A DNA stretch of 51,749 nt, counting the filler, from Sphacelaria rigidula (lineage: Eukaryota), in NCBI GenBank assembly GCA_964200075.2. It is 3 parts of 3 records of this genome, joined end to end, with 100 filler letters (N's around TTAATTAATTAA, not from the genome) between each part and the next. Parts side by side here need not be neighbours in the genome. Positions count along the whole stretch, not along the records: positions 17,290 to 34,476 come from CAXNAA020001151.1; positions 34,577 to 51,749 come from CAXNAA020001152.1; 1 more part is not named here. The stretch is one strand, 5' to 3'. A program made the translations under genes and the position numbers. Below the pieces are notes generated by a model that worked only from the letters and a program-made list of their open reading frames with translations, did not search any database and was not told where the DNA came from. Below, one piece after another: positions 21,500 through 35,440 of the stretch (positions are counted from its first letter, which is position 1; each line of letters opens with the position of its first letter).

Positions 21500-24210
21500 A
21501 AATAGTACGGAAGGAAAGATAGTTGTACTTTGAGCGAATGCGCGACGAACGGGTGTTGGAAGCAACGATGTCAAGTAGGTTGAAAAAGGAGGAAGTGGGA
21601 TAAGAAGTCGCCTTCGGTTATCAGGATACTTCTCGATGAACCTGCACTGAGGAAACCACGGCCTCCACGTAAGTGTGGCATTCTGTACAAGCAAGTCTAG
21701 CATATAGGAGTGTATTATCACAAAGAAGGTGGGAGGTCTCTTCCTAGCGTCCCGTTCCTACTGTGTGTCGAATCGTGGGCTTGCAATGGTTGGCGCCAAC
21801 TCCGGTGGTAAAGTACACCGAAAGCATCGAGGGAATGGGCTGGGGAGTGAGCCAGTTAGAATTCTATATCTCCATTGCTATTATTGGAGTTCAACTGGAA
21901 ATGGGTACGAGAGCGCCAGTTGTCCAGTTCACGTAGAGGTATTGCGCCGCCTGTCGATACCGAGTAATAGTTTTAGTAGTTCAATGATGAGGAGTTTATA
22001 AGAAAGAAACACTGTGTACGATTATACTGTAAAGTTGAAGTCAGCAGTCTACAGCAGTCCAGGTCCCACAAACGTCGGTGGTACCGGTTGTTCTGCAGTT
22101 TTTTTTATCGCCGACATCGGGTCGGTCGAAGGCTGGTCAGTCGAATGAGATAAACGAAGAAATGAAGAGGTGGATTTCAGTTATGGTGGGACGCTTGGTG
22201 CTGAAGTGCCGAACTCCATACCCCAATTCATAATTTCATGAAGATCGATGTGAACATGAAGCAGGAGATACTCACAATACGTCATAGTAATGCAGCAGGT
22301 ATGTACCTCATCCGAAACAAAATCCGGTCTCGGGCGATCACAAAACACACAAGCCTTCTATTGAACAAGCTGCAGTGAGAACCTGTCTACTTCAATTGCC
22401 CAAGGTACTACCAGGGTGTGGCATGTTTGTTCCGATCCCCAGGTCTCCAAGAAGAGGGTCTGCTGCTGGATGGTGTAGAGAAATGATGTTTGAATCGCTA
22501 CTACATACCGAAGACATGTTCGAACAGTACGAGGCTCGTATCAGCTCGCAGTGGGTGGTTACATTATTCACAACCAATTACGGTTACCGCAGGGGAAAAA
22601 GGTCAAACACGAGATACGTTTCTGACTTGGGCGACGCTCCTGAGCGGAACCCCCTACCAGCCGGGAGGGGCGATTAACTGGAAAAAGTGGATGGAGTGGC
22701 AACTGGCGCGGCAAGTGTTGACGGAACTAAATAGAGCTGATTGTTCACAGCCCCGAGAATAAGTTTGAGTTTTCGTAGCATTAGGGTGCATTGGGTAGGG
22801 TACGAGAGTTTTCGTGGATCATACAGAAGTAGGGAGTACCGATAAAAAATTGCTCGGAGGCCACGGAACTTGTCGGGTAGGGATAGGAGCCTTACAGAGA
22901 ACCCACTGGTGGTCTTGTGATGAAAAAAGGTTGCATAGAAAATAGAACACGCACCCGGATATTTGTAAAAGTGTGTAGGGTTAAACCCTGTGTACAGAAA
23001 GAACAGAGCTATCTTGGAAGGGTATGGTGGATCACAACAGTCACGCAACTGTCGTGGACCGGTAGGAGAGTCTTCGACAAGTCACAGAGCTGTCGAGGGA
23101 TTAGGAAAGCGTTACTTAAGTCAAAGATCTGTCGAGCAGGGGTGTGCAAGTGACACTGAAGTCATGGAGCTATCACGTTGGGCAACGAAAGCCTTACAGA
23201 TTTTACTTAAAAGATCGGGTAGGCCAACCACAGTTCAAGAGAAGCATCAGAACTGTCGGTTACTGGGATGAAAGTTTTCCAGAAGTCACCGAACTGTCGT
23301 ATAGGGATAATATCTGTAAAAATACCCCGTGTATGCAACAAACCGGCCCCCATACGACATGGGGTTGGGCACCATAGACCGATGCCCTGCAAATTGATAC
23401 CGATGGCGGCGCAGATGAAGGCCCCCCGGTCGGTCCGATATCTGTTGATTATCATGTTTCGCTTTCCCTTCCAACTCGTACCCTGTAACCTGTCTGTTCC
23501 CCGAACAGAAAAATATATATCTTGAAGGGTGTACGGAGATGAATACCAAGGGGTCTTACATGGATGGAGGTTGGGAAATAAGTGCGAGTTTTCATAACAA
23601 AGGTAGGGATTGAGTTTAAATCTTCACCTCTCCCGGGTAATACCCGCACTCTGCCTGCATCGCATATACGCACAAGGGCATATATGTTGAATCCGGGCCG
23701 GGATTACGGGAGGCTTACAGACCTTGCAGAGTCGTCGACCAGGGGGTATAAGGCAGTTTCAGATAATAACAAACTGCCGAGTAAAGTTAAGAAAGGTCTT
23801 ACACAGCCTCGGCGTACCGGTTTGATAGTGTGACACGGTTGAAAGGACTGGACAAAAGACAGTACGAGCCAATCGCCCCGACCAAGACGCGATTTCTTGT
23901 TTTGCCATATCATGCCGACAAGGTGTAGGTTCGTTTGAACCATACGTCGGAGGACAAAACACACAGCTTGTTGACAGCACTGATAGCAGCACGCCGGAAT
24001 TCGTGTTTCAGTGCGGAGCGATGGCACGATGAGCTTCGTCTTGCCGTTGATCCCAGTAAAGGGAAACATCGCACATACATACCGGCTCTGCACGCAATTA
24101 GCTGCAGTGTGATGGTAAATGACTGAATACCTTAATTAAAACTAGTTCCTTGTGGATATGCAGATGATCCCTAGAAACGACCAGCGGGTATGGAAAGATT
24201 CTAGTCGAAT
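21500..24210 (+). mobile_element. Probable heavily decayed Penelope-like retroelement (RT and thumb remnants)
   Basis: Colinear fragments across frames: LVMKKG..NRTR; SDTEVMEL..KALQILLK; DNICKNTPCMQQTG..DMG..PAN; SYMDG; GIEFK..TLP; KLPSKVKKGL; LKGLDKRQYEP; RFLVLPYH. Recognised by eye only. Confidence 0.42.
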
Positions 24211-26781
24211 GTGTGTTTGTATGAGGCAGGAGTTGGATCCTTGTATTGTTGACACAGCAGCTTGAAGGTAGATACCGGATTGTACCCGATTAGCCGCGTG
24301 TACCTGCTGCTACTACAGCTTTGATTGGCTCGAGGTACAGTGCGTCATGCTGAGTTGTGTGTATGACAAGATTGTATGCGTAGCTATGAGCTTTGAGGGT
24401 AATCGTGAGCACCATCGCCCACCAAGCCACTTGCGATTCACCTGTCAGAGAGAGGCCTACCGTAGAACTAATCACAAGAAGGACCATCAGCTTTTCATCT
24501 GTTCTGCGCGACGTCTCCCCTTCTTCCGGCAAGCTGTGATGAGCTATAACACGAGTAAGTCACAAGTAATATAAACCCTTGATATCACAGTGGTGTTTCC
24601 TTTTCAGAAAGAGCTCAGTGCTTACTTTCAATAACAGCTGTCTGCTGTTGACGAGTGTCTTGTGCGAGAGAAACCTACAGTTTGAGTTACGAGCCGGAAA
24701 CAGGACCAGTGCGTCACATACTCACCCATCTTGGGTTGTGGCTTGCTTTGTTTCCAATACTTCCACATATGAGGCTTCAGAGGTAGCTTGTTTCACTCAA
24801 GCTGTACGATTTTGCTCTTTCAATCGGCCGCTGTTTACACACAGCCCAACACCAGCTCACGGTTTTCTCTCGAAAACCTTGGACTGTCGGCCCTCGTTTT
24901 CACTTGGTATTTGCGTGCATGATTTAGCGGTGTAATACACCAAGGTAATTACACAGCTTCTTAGACAGCTGTCTCTCTTTTACTCGGAGTTTACCAGACA
25001 TCCCGACTCGAGATAGCTGCAGGTGTTCGATGTGTCGTACAGTACCCACGTTGGTTCCAGGCAGTGACAACCGAACCATGAAGCGCTCAAGGTAAGAGCG
25101 CACACGTCAGCCCTCTCTTGCTGCACAAGCATATTCCTCGCATCCTGCAGGTCATATTGACGGTACAAGCCAACTCACTGAGGCGGATGCGCTCTCTCTG
25201 GCAACGTTTTACACGGCACAGAGAACGCATAGCGTTTCCATGCGCACTCGATCTGAAGTGCCGTGTCTTTTTTCACCCACAGGCGGTTCTCGGATAATAG
25301 AGCCGCTCACACGTTCATTGTTTAGATACGCCCCTCAAGGGTCCGTAGCGTTTCCACCACCCTCCCGACCACCTGCCCCCGCAAGCGCCCCTGCTCACAG
25401 TCCGTCGATTCTGTATCAACCGAATCGACTGACATGTGTCCAAACAGACGCCGATTCATGCTTGCAGGTAGAGAGTTCGCGGGCTATTTAAATCGCCGCC
25501 CGCTGTACATACGACTTTTCTTGCCCAAACACGGAACGTTGAGCCACCATGCGCACCGAATTATATCGATGCGGCATGATGGACCAGGATACGAATGTTG
25601 TCTGTTCACGAGCATGATTGAACACGGCGATGCGCGAGGCTCATGTTGCTTGTACACAAGCGCTCGGCTCTGTACTTTTGTTACTTTTGCACGGCACCAG
25701 TGTACACTACAGTTTGATTGCCGCCCCACCAACACGCCCTACAGTACATACTTGGTCGTCCAGAAGGCCCCTCACCTTTCCCGTTGAAATATTGTTCCGA
25801 ATTGAAGTACCGACGACAGTACAGCACCGTTTCAATTACAAATGGTCCCAGCGGGGAATATCTTGCGGACGGTGAGGTGCCGTACTGTAGCATGCGTTGG
25901 TACTGTTTCACTATCTGAACGAAGTCATCTATATTGCATTGTAGATATGAACACGGCGCGGGCATAACGTTGTGTCGGATATGTTTTCATGTGATGCGAA
26001 CAAATTGGTATCGTACTGCACTGTCGACCACGCCCGCTGGACCACGTGAAGATCATGTGTACTGTACTGTGCCACACAGCATTTCGTTGTCTGGTGCTTT
26101 ATACGCTGCTGTCTGCACTGCACTACACATTTGTATTTCGGTTGTGTTTGTACATTTATTAACTGTCTACCTCTACGATGTACGTCACCAAGACTCCAAC
26201 TCGGCTATTTTCAGTGAACTAGGCGGTGCTGTAGTATGAGTATCACCAGCTGCGCTGATATTGCCTCTGGAAATACGATACGGCATCCGACAGTTGTGTT
26301 ATTTTTCTCTCAACCTCAACATGTTCTCAAGACAGAACTGAGCGGTTGACGTTGCGGTTCGCTGCGTCCCACACGTATATCCCTTCATGGCATGCAGGTT
26401 TGTTAATGCGCTGTTGCGCTGGTGACAGACACTCTATGTCTGTTGCTTGTGACAACCTTCGTTTTCTTGGCTCTTGCTGTTACAATTTATTCCAATACAC
26501 ACACACACTTACGGTTTGTTGTGTGCCTTCGACATATTTGTTTTTCTTTCTCTCTTGTCTGCACCTGATTGACAAGGTGGTACATCTCATGCATGTGCGG
26601 AGTGCGCGGAACTACATGCCGATCGACTGTCGACAGTACCCTGCCACTCTGTTCCTTTTATTTTTGTTCACGCCGCCTCAGTCCTCAACAACGATGCTCC
26701 ATTCCACCTCGAAACGTTCACTTTTCAACCTCTGCATCTCTACACTATCGGTTTGGCGCAAATTGCGTAGGTGTACAAGCA

Positions 26782-29700
26782 ATGTCTGATATCAATCGCC
26801 CTTCGACTTCATCGGAGCACGATGTCACGAAGAACGGTGCGATCCCTACAGACACTGGTGAACAACCGTACAAGTCAACCCAAACCATGCGTAGTGAGAC
26901 GGTTGACAACAACAAACCGGACTGTTTCGACGATGATAGCGTTCTTGCAGCACGTATTCTCAGAGATGTGGCTGAAGATTTCGATGAGGACCGTAGTTCT
27001 CCCCATGCTCATCCCCCCTCCCTCAGTGAACATACCACTACACACCAAGCAGCCACCCAAAACGCTGACGCTGTTCCCACTTTTTATTCTCAGATGGCAT
27101 CTCTTCACGTGAGCCCTGATGCTATGAAAACCTTTCGTGGCGATAACCTCCGCACCCGAACCGGTGCTGAATCCTCTGATCGCCCTACTCTGGCTTTTGA
27201 TCCGTCGCCCACATTGGAACAATACCTGCCCACGAATGACGAAACACACGCCGGCTTCGGCAAAGCGTCCGGCCTTCATTCCACCGCGCCATTGGTACAA
27301 CTTCTCAAAGGCTGAACAAGCAGCGTGCTGGGATCAGATCTGTAGTAACGACTTAGCACACCACATGGAACTCGAGCACAGAGAGTTGGAATTTTCCCGC
27401 CTACAGGTATCTACAAGGGTCCAGGAGCCCGCTCAGGTCCCCCATCATTTAGATGTCCACCCCGAAAAAAAAGCCAACATACCAGAACGAACTAAAACGC
27501 GCGATACGCACATCCACAAAGGCTCTGGAAATTGCGGAGCAAGAATATCAAGTGTTGACAAGGAGATACTTGGAAGCTTCGCATCATTTTGGACTATGTT
27601 GGCAAGTCTGGCAATCACAACTGCATTCGCCCGGTCGCCTGCTCCGCCCCCAAGGCGACAACTGATTCACCACCTGACCCACCTGACCTGGCACACGTTC
27701 AACGACATGCACCGGCCCACGCACAAAACGGTAGACGTTTACACACGAGTGGTCCTAGTGCCGCGGCTGAACCCCGCCAGGGCGGTACCCACACAGCACT
27801 GATGCTCACCTCACAACTTGACAAGCTTTTGGGAACGTTTTACATGTTGCGGAGATTCCAAATAGCATACAGTGGGGTAACCCAGGACGCCTTGCTTAGC
27901 CCAAAAGCTAAGCCCCGCCACCTGCCTATTTATTTTTCTACTTCTGTAAGTCAGTTCTGATTTAGTTGGTACGATCCCACAATTAGAAATATACAATGAC
28001 CGGTAATTCACTGCAGAAGTACCCAACACTTTTATGTCAACAATTTGTTTTCGCTCGGCCAGGTCACGCACATCGCACGCACGAATCAACGGTGGCCACC
28101 GCGGGTTCAACCATGTGGTGTGGGTTCCCTGGATATGCTGACACTGTCTTGAAGGGTTCCAAGACAGTCGAAGCCCGTGCACCGTTGCATGGCTATCAAT
28201 TGAGCAATGACCAAACCCAACGTTTTAACCCTGGATTTGATCACCCAGTTTTACATTCATCAGGTACTGATCATATTCAATCCAATCCCCTCCCTTCAAA
28301 GGAGAGGAAGTCATGTAGTGCAGTTTCTTACGCATCGGGAGCCGAAATATTTTCTGGTATGATAGACACTGCTGCTCCGACCATTCATCGTAGAACACAT
28401 AATTCGAAGCCTCACACTCGAGCACCCCCCAACTGCTCAAGTGCCCGGCTAACCACCCTACCGAGTTCCGCAAAAACTACAGTACCCGGTTCCCTTTTAT
28501 TTGATGAGCGTAATTATTCCTTCAAGGGTCGCAACCGCAAAGAACCCATGCTTTCCATCGCTCAGCGGGTTGGAATGGAACCCCAAGTGACAGCGACTCA
28601 GGTGGTGCGCCAAGAGCGTGACCTAGGCTCGGCTGTCCAAGAACTCATTTCAATAGCTCCTGGAGCCGCCGATCCTTTCGTGCGCTACACGCGTCACCAG
28701 AGACGGGCTCCTCCAGATGATCATGTAGATAATCCTGATGTAGCAAGCGCACGTGAAGTCCAAGGAGGAGATTGCGTGTGGGCTCAGACAGATGAAAACC
28801 TTACAGTGGAACAGGCCGGTACTCCCCAGATTTCGAACATATCGTTACTGCTCCCTGACCACCCCGCGTGCACTATGTTAGAATCCATTTCCGATGAAGC
28901 TGTGCACTTGTGAGGTTTTGTTTGATGTAGCCGTGGCGCGCTTCCTCGCAGTGCACCGTTTTATAGCGGAGCAAGACAATTGTCACGAGAGATCTTGATG
29001 GGTTGAGCAGACGACGTACCCGAGTGGGGCGCTGCATCGCCGTGCTTTTCGTTATTCATTCAGACGTCACCCGCTGGTGTACAGCTCTATCTGAACCTTC
29101 GCTCTCTGAATCTCAGCCCTAAACCCCACCTGTAGAGCTTACAATATAGAGCCGCGGAGCCGGTCTGGCTAGACTAAACACTGGTTACAGTACTGGGTCC
29201 CGGATCGTTCCTGTCGGTACTTTGTACTGAACCGCACTGACTCCTACCAGGCTGGTTGACTATATGCCCGAGAATCTGCGTATGAGATCTATGTCCAATA
29301 CATAATCTGCACAGAAGCGTTGCCGTCTGTAGGGACAGAGACTTCGCCGACTCACGGGCGTTCGCATCCTAGTCATGAAGGCACCTCAATCGTGTATTCG
29401 TCACCAGGCAAACAAAGTGTTACGCAAGACGACTCGTCTCCTAACTCGCCCACGTTGGCCCCTTTAATAAACGCCGGGTTGAACAGTACAGCTTTACCAA
29501 CCCCGCGTCCTGACGAATCGTCTCCAAAACCTCCCATCTTGGCCCTAACTAGTGATGGTATTGAGTTGATTGGCGTATCAGACTCAACACCGCGCCCCGT
29601 TGAATCGTTCCCTGTTCCGACCAAGCTGGATAATGTAATTGATCCCACTTTGCACAATGACGACTCGCCCCCTCCGTTGGCCAATAAGGGTGAAACAACA

Positions 29701-32700
29701 AGCACAAACCAGTTGTCGCGTCCAACCACGACAACTGCCCTTCCCCGGCATCGCCCCTCCGTTGCAGTATATGAGATTCAAACCTCGACTGATGGGACAA
29801 ATATTCCAGGCACAAACACTGACACTCCATGCACGCACCATCCTTCCGACCAAAAGCTTGTCCCACAGGATCATCAACGGGTGTATTTTAGCACTTTGTT
29901 CAAAACGCAAAGCAGGATGTGTCAGATATTATACCCGAATTCGGGCCCGATCTCATCAGTAGTACTGTAACTCTGGATGATGCTTCTTTTACGACCAAAA
30001 TAGGTTTACATTGTGGAGCGCGTGCAAGCTGTCATTTGATAGCTCTTGCACTACCAGACTCTGGTTCACCTCAAACGTTCATTACCGCCACCTGCTGGCA
30101 ACAGATGATCAACGCAGGCGCGGCGGACGAGCATTGTCTATCCACCGTGCGCCCTCGTGTTTTTGGTGGGTTTGGTTCCTCCACATCTCTTACGATCAAT
30201 CAATCGGTGAGACTAAGTGTACAATTTTACCAGGATACTTTTCCCACTGCTCGGTTGTCCGTATGGGCACTAATTGTGCCCGATGGTTCCATGTCTTTTG
30301 ATGTTTTGTTGGGTCGAGATAGTTGGCTTCATTTTTCCACACATACGTATACGACGGACACACGTGTCCCGAACCGTCCAGTCACAGGCAAACTGTCTCT
30401 GGGTCACTTCGACACTGATTCGGGAGCTCATGCTTATGAGGATGACCTCACGAAAACAGGTAATGCTTTCCGTCTGTACTATATTGGCGAACCTGTAGTC
30501 TCGCTCTCTTGTGAACCCCAACTAATACAAGTGAACCTCGTGAGACGCAAGGGATCGCCCGCCCTCACAGGACATTATTTGGTCGAGTCGCTCAAACCTG
30601 ACCAAGCACAGGTTGGTCCGTTTGAACGGACGGAGGTCTTTGTCCACGAAGGTAGGCAGGCCATTTACCTCACGTCCTCTGCATGTTTCGATATACTCAA
30701 GGGTCAGTTGTTGGGTTATGCTCAAGCGCCTCTCATACGAACCGCTCTGGCAGATGTGTGCCCCCCGGCGAACAACAACTCGCCGACCGACCCCCCGAAA
30801 TCCACGGGGCCCCCTCCGCTATACATGTCTGACCCCATAGTGGTGACAAAGTAGTACGAGAACAGAACCAAATCAATTTGGCCAAGGTGGCCAGGGCAAA
30901 CTCGATGTTGGATGATGTGGTGCATAACCGCCCGGTGTGGAAAGGTAGGCCAATGGGCATGGGTGTATAACGATGTGAAGACCATAAATCAAGGGGCTAG
31001 CTTGAAATCATCATCTTTGGATAAGGTGTTGAAAGCGAAACTATCCTTGAATTGGACTGGTCTTTGGGAAATTTTAGCTGTTGGTCCAAGCGCTACCGCA
31101 CCAAACAAGAGTCCGGTGGGAGCGAAACTTCTGCATGTAGATTTTCCCATGGATGAACCTGGTTTGAAACCGAAAAATCGCGTCTCGATGCTACGATGCA
31201 AACCGTGCATTCCCCCTCATGACTCTTCTGACATGCCCGAACAACTGCCGGTAGGGCTTAGCCAGTATGTGTTGACCAAGTACGCGATCAAAACTCCGCT
31301 GTATCATATGACGGTCGAGGATGCGGGCGCACCCCTGGAACGCGTTGAGGTAGAAAGGATTTCGGGTCATCAACTGGTTCGTGGTCGTGGAGGTAAGATA
31401 GCGGTAATGTATCAAACACATTGGAAATGTATCATGCGTGTTACGTGGGAGCGTGAGGTTGATTTGCGTCATTTTCGTCGGGAAATATTGCTGTACTGGG
31501 TAGGAGGTACCGTCCAACACCGCCCGCTGAATAAGAGATATCGATCGATGCGCAAGGGAGCCGCCGCTCGAGAACTGGCACGTGAACACTCAGCGCGGTT
31601 TGTTGTGACAGGATATAGCCCCCTTTCGCGTTCACAATACATGCCGTATTTCCACGGGAAACGATTGCCGAAAGGGGCGAATTTTTGGTATAAGGCTTTG
31701 GATTCTTTGTGGTAATTGGGAAAAGATCATTTTGGTCGACCCTGCATCTGACCACTCCTACTTTATCCGTTTCCTTGATGACCCGAGTCCCCTTAAGATT
31801 CGCTTGGATGATGCGTACTACACCGAGGAGCCGACTGCTCGGAGGGGATCCTGGTGCCTTCAACGACACGACCAAGGCGAACTCGAAACAGCCGTTCTAC
31901 GGAACACGGACACCGCTTGGGATGCAGATGACTCATGATGCCGCATCCGAGTCTGCTTCCCCATTCACCTTGCGTAGTGCACCGCGTTCGAGTCGCTTGT
32001 CTTACATTGTAGCGTCGTTGGCCAACCATGTGTTTCCCCCTTTCCCCCACTTCATTTTTTTTCGTACTGATTAGCCCCGTACTTGTAGCGGTTGATGTGT
32101 GCCGGTGTGTCGTATTTGATATTTGGTCTTTCGTTTATGTATTCTATTTTCTTTGTTTTTGTGCAGCGTTTTGTTTTTTGTTTTGGACCCTGTTTTATTT
32201 TGCTTCGATTTTTTTGCCTTTGTTGTTGTCTTTGTTATATATATTTTGTTTTGTCTTCTTCTCTTTTTGCCTCGTCCGTTGTGTTCGATATTTTGTGTCC
32301 AATGGGTACTTTTCTTGGGTATTTCTGGGTTCCTCTGGCGAAGTACAAGTGACGATCGTTCCATTCCTGACCCCGAGTCTGGAACCTTGAACCTCCGTCC
32401 TCCGCGTCGTACATTCACAACCATTCCGTCCACCGGAACAGTTGCCACGAGTTGATTATCTCTTCATTTGTTTTTCGTTGTACGCACATGTTGTCTTGCT
32501 TTGTTATTACATGGTCTTTCTCTTTGATTTTTTTGTTTCGATGGACGAGTTTCCGGAGCAAGCGCTAGCCATACCTGACGCGCACGTCCGGAATATTTGC
32601 GCTTTTGTTCAATCGCTCTGCACGCGAGTGCCGCCTCCTTCTCCGGGACCGGTCATGACGTGTATTTTGTTTTGTGTGTTATATGTTGTCGGTATTTTTC

Positions 32701-33200
32701 TTGATTTTTTCTGCCTTTTCGGTTGAGAGTTTTAGGAGCGAGCGCTGCATATACCTGACCTCCCCGTCTGGAGTAATTGCGTTCTTGCCCACCCGCTCCG
32801 TACACGCATACCGCTTTCCCCTGCAGGATCGGTAATGAAGTGTCCCCTTTTTGTGTGCGTACCACGTTGATTTTATATTTGACATGGGTTGCCTGAAATG
32901 TTTTGACTTTCTTGGCTGAAACGTTTTGACCCTGCTTGCTTCATACACACGACAACCGCTTCCGTTAATCAGAACGGTTGCCACGTGTTGTTTTCCTGCC
33001 TTGTGTTGCGGATTTTCGTTTTCGCTGTTGCCCAGCGTGCCCCTGGTAATTTATTTTGGTTTTGCTTTCTGCGTCCATGTCGGGAATTTCGCCACGAGTG
33101 TTCCAATGTTTCTGACCCTCAAGTCTAGAACACTTGGCCTACCTTTTTTTTGCGAGTCCTGCCGCATGTGACCGACCTCGTTTATAGGAGGGCCACGGGT
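26782..33200 (+). mobile_element. Degenerate, internally deleted Ty3/Gypsy LTR retrotransposon (gag remnant, protease, integrase C-terminus, chromodomain-like tail, T-rich 3' UTR)
   Basis: Aspartic protease ALPDSGSPQTFI...FDVLLGRDSW (29919-30854). Integrase tail VGQWAWVYN...KAKLSLNWTGLWEILAVGP. Chromo-like VERISGHQLVRG...YQTHWK...TWERE. Purine-rich tract near 33185-33198. No RT, RNaseH or integrase core, and LTR pair not identified. Confidence 0.8.
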
Positions 33201-34476
33201 AATGCGACGCGATGATTTATACTCTGGTGATTGATGAGTTACAAAGAGGCCACCACTGGCCGCGTCGTATATTGCGGTGTTGACGAATTGTGATTGAAGT
33301 CGCGGTAAAATCGGTTGCAAACATCTCGTCATAGAGGACCATCACGTATCATGATAAGGTAGGTCGCTCTTTCGGAACTGTCCGTTCCGCCATGTCGATA
33401 CTCAACCATTGGTATAGCATACAGGCTCAGAGTCCGCCACTCGCTATTTTTTTCTGTCACTTTTACCGGTTTTTGCGTACAATTACCCGCCCCTGAAATT
33501 GGTCGGTGGTGTTTTGTTTTTATCAGGGATTATTGGACGAAGTAACGTGAAGGTACGACCGGCTGTGGGTTTTACTCCAGTTTGTGTTCGGGCCAGTCTC
33601 GTTTTAGTCCGAACGGGCAAATACTGTGAGGAGTGGGCTGCATTGATCCTCTCGTTCCTGTGTATTTGTCGTGGTTCGGAAATGTGTTGGGTGATCCGCC
33701 TCGGTAATACGCGGTAGGCCCGAAGGTTGTGTATTGCCCACCACGTTTCTTTTGACGTCTACGGACACCTGACCTCACAAACCGGTCAGTTGTTCTCGTA
33801 TCGTCGTGTGAAAAAAAGAATGCTGTACGACTGGATCATCAACCAGACGTCCCCAGCAAGTCATCTCGCAAACAGGTACCGACAATCAACTCACGTCAAA
33901 CGAGTTGATTTGTCCGTATCATTCTATTTGGTTCATTTTTTTATCAACGTATGGTTTTCGCGGGAAACTACCATTTCCGCGACGAACTCGGCTGTACGTT
34001 GTTTGCCTTTTACTGATTGACTGGGACGAGTGATTAGCATGGACTTGGTTATCAAAGTGATATAATGCCTTGGCGGGCTTGCTTGTTTTTCTACCAATGA
34101 CCCAAAACAAATCGGACATTCGGAAGAGAGCAAAGTATTTATTCATGATATAGTTGTGGCAGGGTAGGATAAACGTTTCGATGATTGATCTCTGATTTCC
34201 TGTACCTATCACGGAAATGCTTACGACATTCTGGAGACACTGCATTTTATGGATATGGTTTGATCGTTGATTTTGGGTCTTATTTTTCTTATTTTCTTAT
34301 TTTTTCTTTCCCATGACGCCGTCTGAAGACTCACGGAACATGAGGACACCGAATCATTATATCGGTTCGATTTTTTTCTCTTTGCTTTGTGCTTGGGATT
34401 GCCAGTTACTGATTTTTGTTTGTTGATCGCCCCTTCCCGTTTCCCGTACCCAAGAGGACTCGATCTTCAAATAGAG

Positions 34477-34576
34477 NNNNNNNNNNNNNNNNNNNNNNNN
34501 NNNNNNNNNNNNNNNNNNNNTTAATTAATTAANNNNNNNNNNNNNNNNNNNNNNNNNNNNNNNNNNNNNNNNNNNN
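34477..34576. other. Scaffolding gap with TTAATTAATTAA linker
   Basis: N-run/ttaattaattaa/N-run. Confidence 0.97.
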
Positions 34577-35440
34577 CCCTTGGACCGCGATGCCGGTAGT
34601 CCATCTGGACCACGCGTACTTTTTTCAAGTGAATGTTGATGCCGATTCAGCAGGTGACCTACTCTCGCGGTCTAACGGTTAAGTCCTCCTACGGAGTTTG
34701 GGGGAGGAAGATACTTTCGCTCTGTTACTCTTTCGTATCTTCCCTGCAATAGAGAAATGCGACTTCAGCCCCATTTTAGTGTTGAACCCCAAAATTTTAA
34801 ATCGGCTGTTAGTATCTGCCAGTACGAGGCCGCAAAATACGCCAGTATTTTTCGGCGAAATACTCAGTGATACTAATCCGAAAAGAGACGTAATATTTTC
34901 CAGTACCTGTATCAAGGTACAGCGAGAGACTCTCTACCCCACGTACATACACACGAAGAAGACCCCACTGGTCAACCCCCACATACACCAGCCCCACGGT
35001 ATTCCTGCCGCTGCGTGCTTGCTGGTATTTTCTGCAGCGTTATGTGCTGCTTTGTGTGATGGGGAAATGATGCACTTGTACTATTACTTGATTGATGATT
35101 GATTGATTGTACTTGTTCGTAGGTGAATTGGTATTCCTGGATACGACGTGCTTGAGGTCTACACGTGCTTGGAAATTTACCTTCTTTGGTTTACCCTATC
35201 AACACGGTAACGTGTTGGATGGAGTAGATGCCGGTATCCACCAGTACGAGGTTTTTTGTCAGTGTTAGTCGATGTTATCGGGCGATACGAGTAGATACCC
35301 CGTTTATCAGGAGCGTGTTATTGACCGTGAAACGCAGTTATTTTGCTCTGGTGCAACAACTACGTGAAATTAAAGAAAAAACTCATAATTTATGCCAAAT
35401 ACGATCGGATACGCTCGATCGACCGAAAATGTCGAACAGT

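Noticed and set aside
23100-23130. Minus-strand FDLSNAF as an RT motif
   Set aside because: No downstream QG/PxG or YxDD motifs on that strand, and the + strand explains the region better.
32028-32726. Phe-rich hydrophobic ORFs as membrane or env-like proteins
   Set aside because: A by-product of T-rich low-complexity sequence open in several frames.
24646-33300. LTR pair for the Gypsy element (tgttgacga at about 24646 and 33279)
   Set aside because: Similarity stops after 9 bp, and no extended direct repeat was found by eye.
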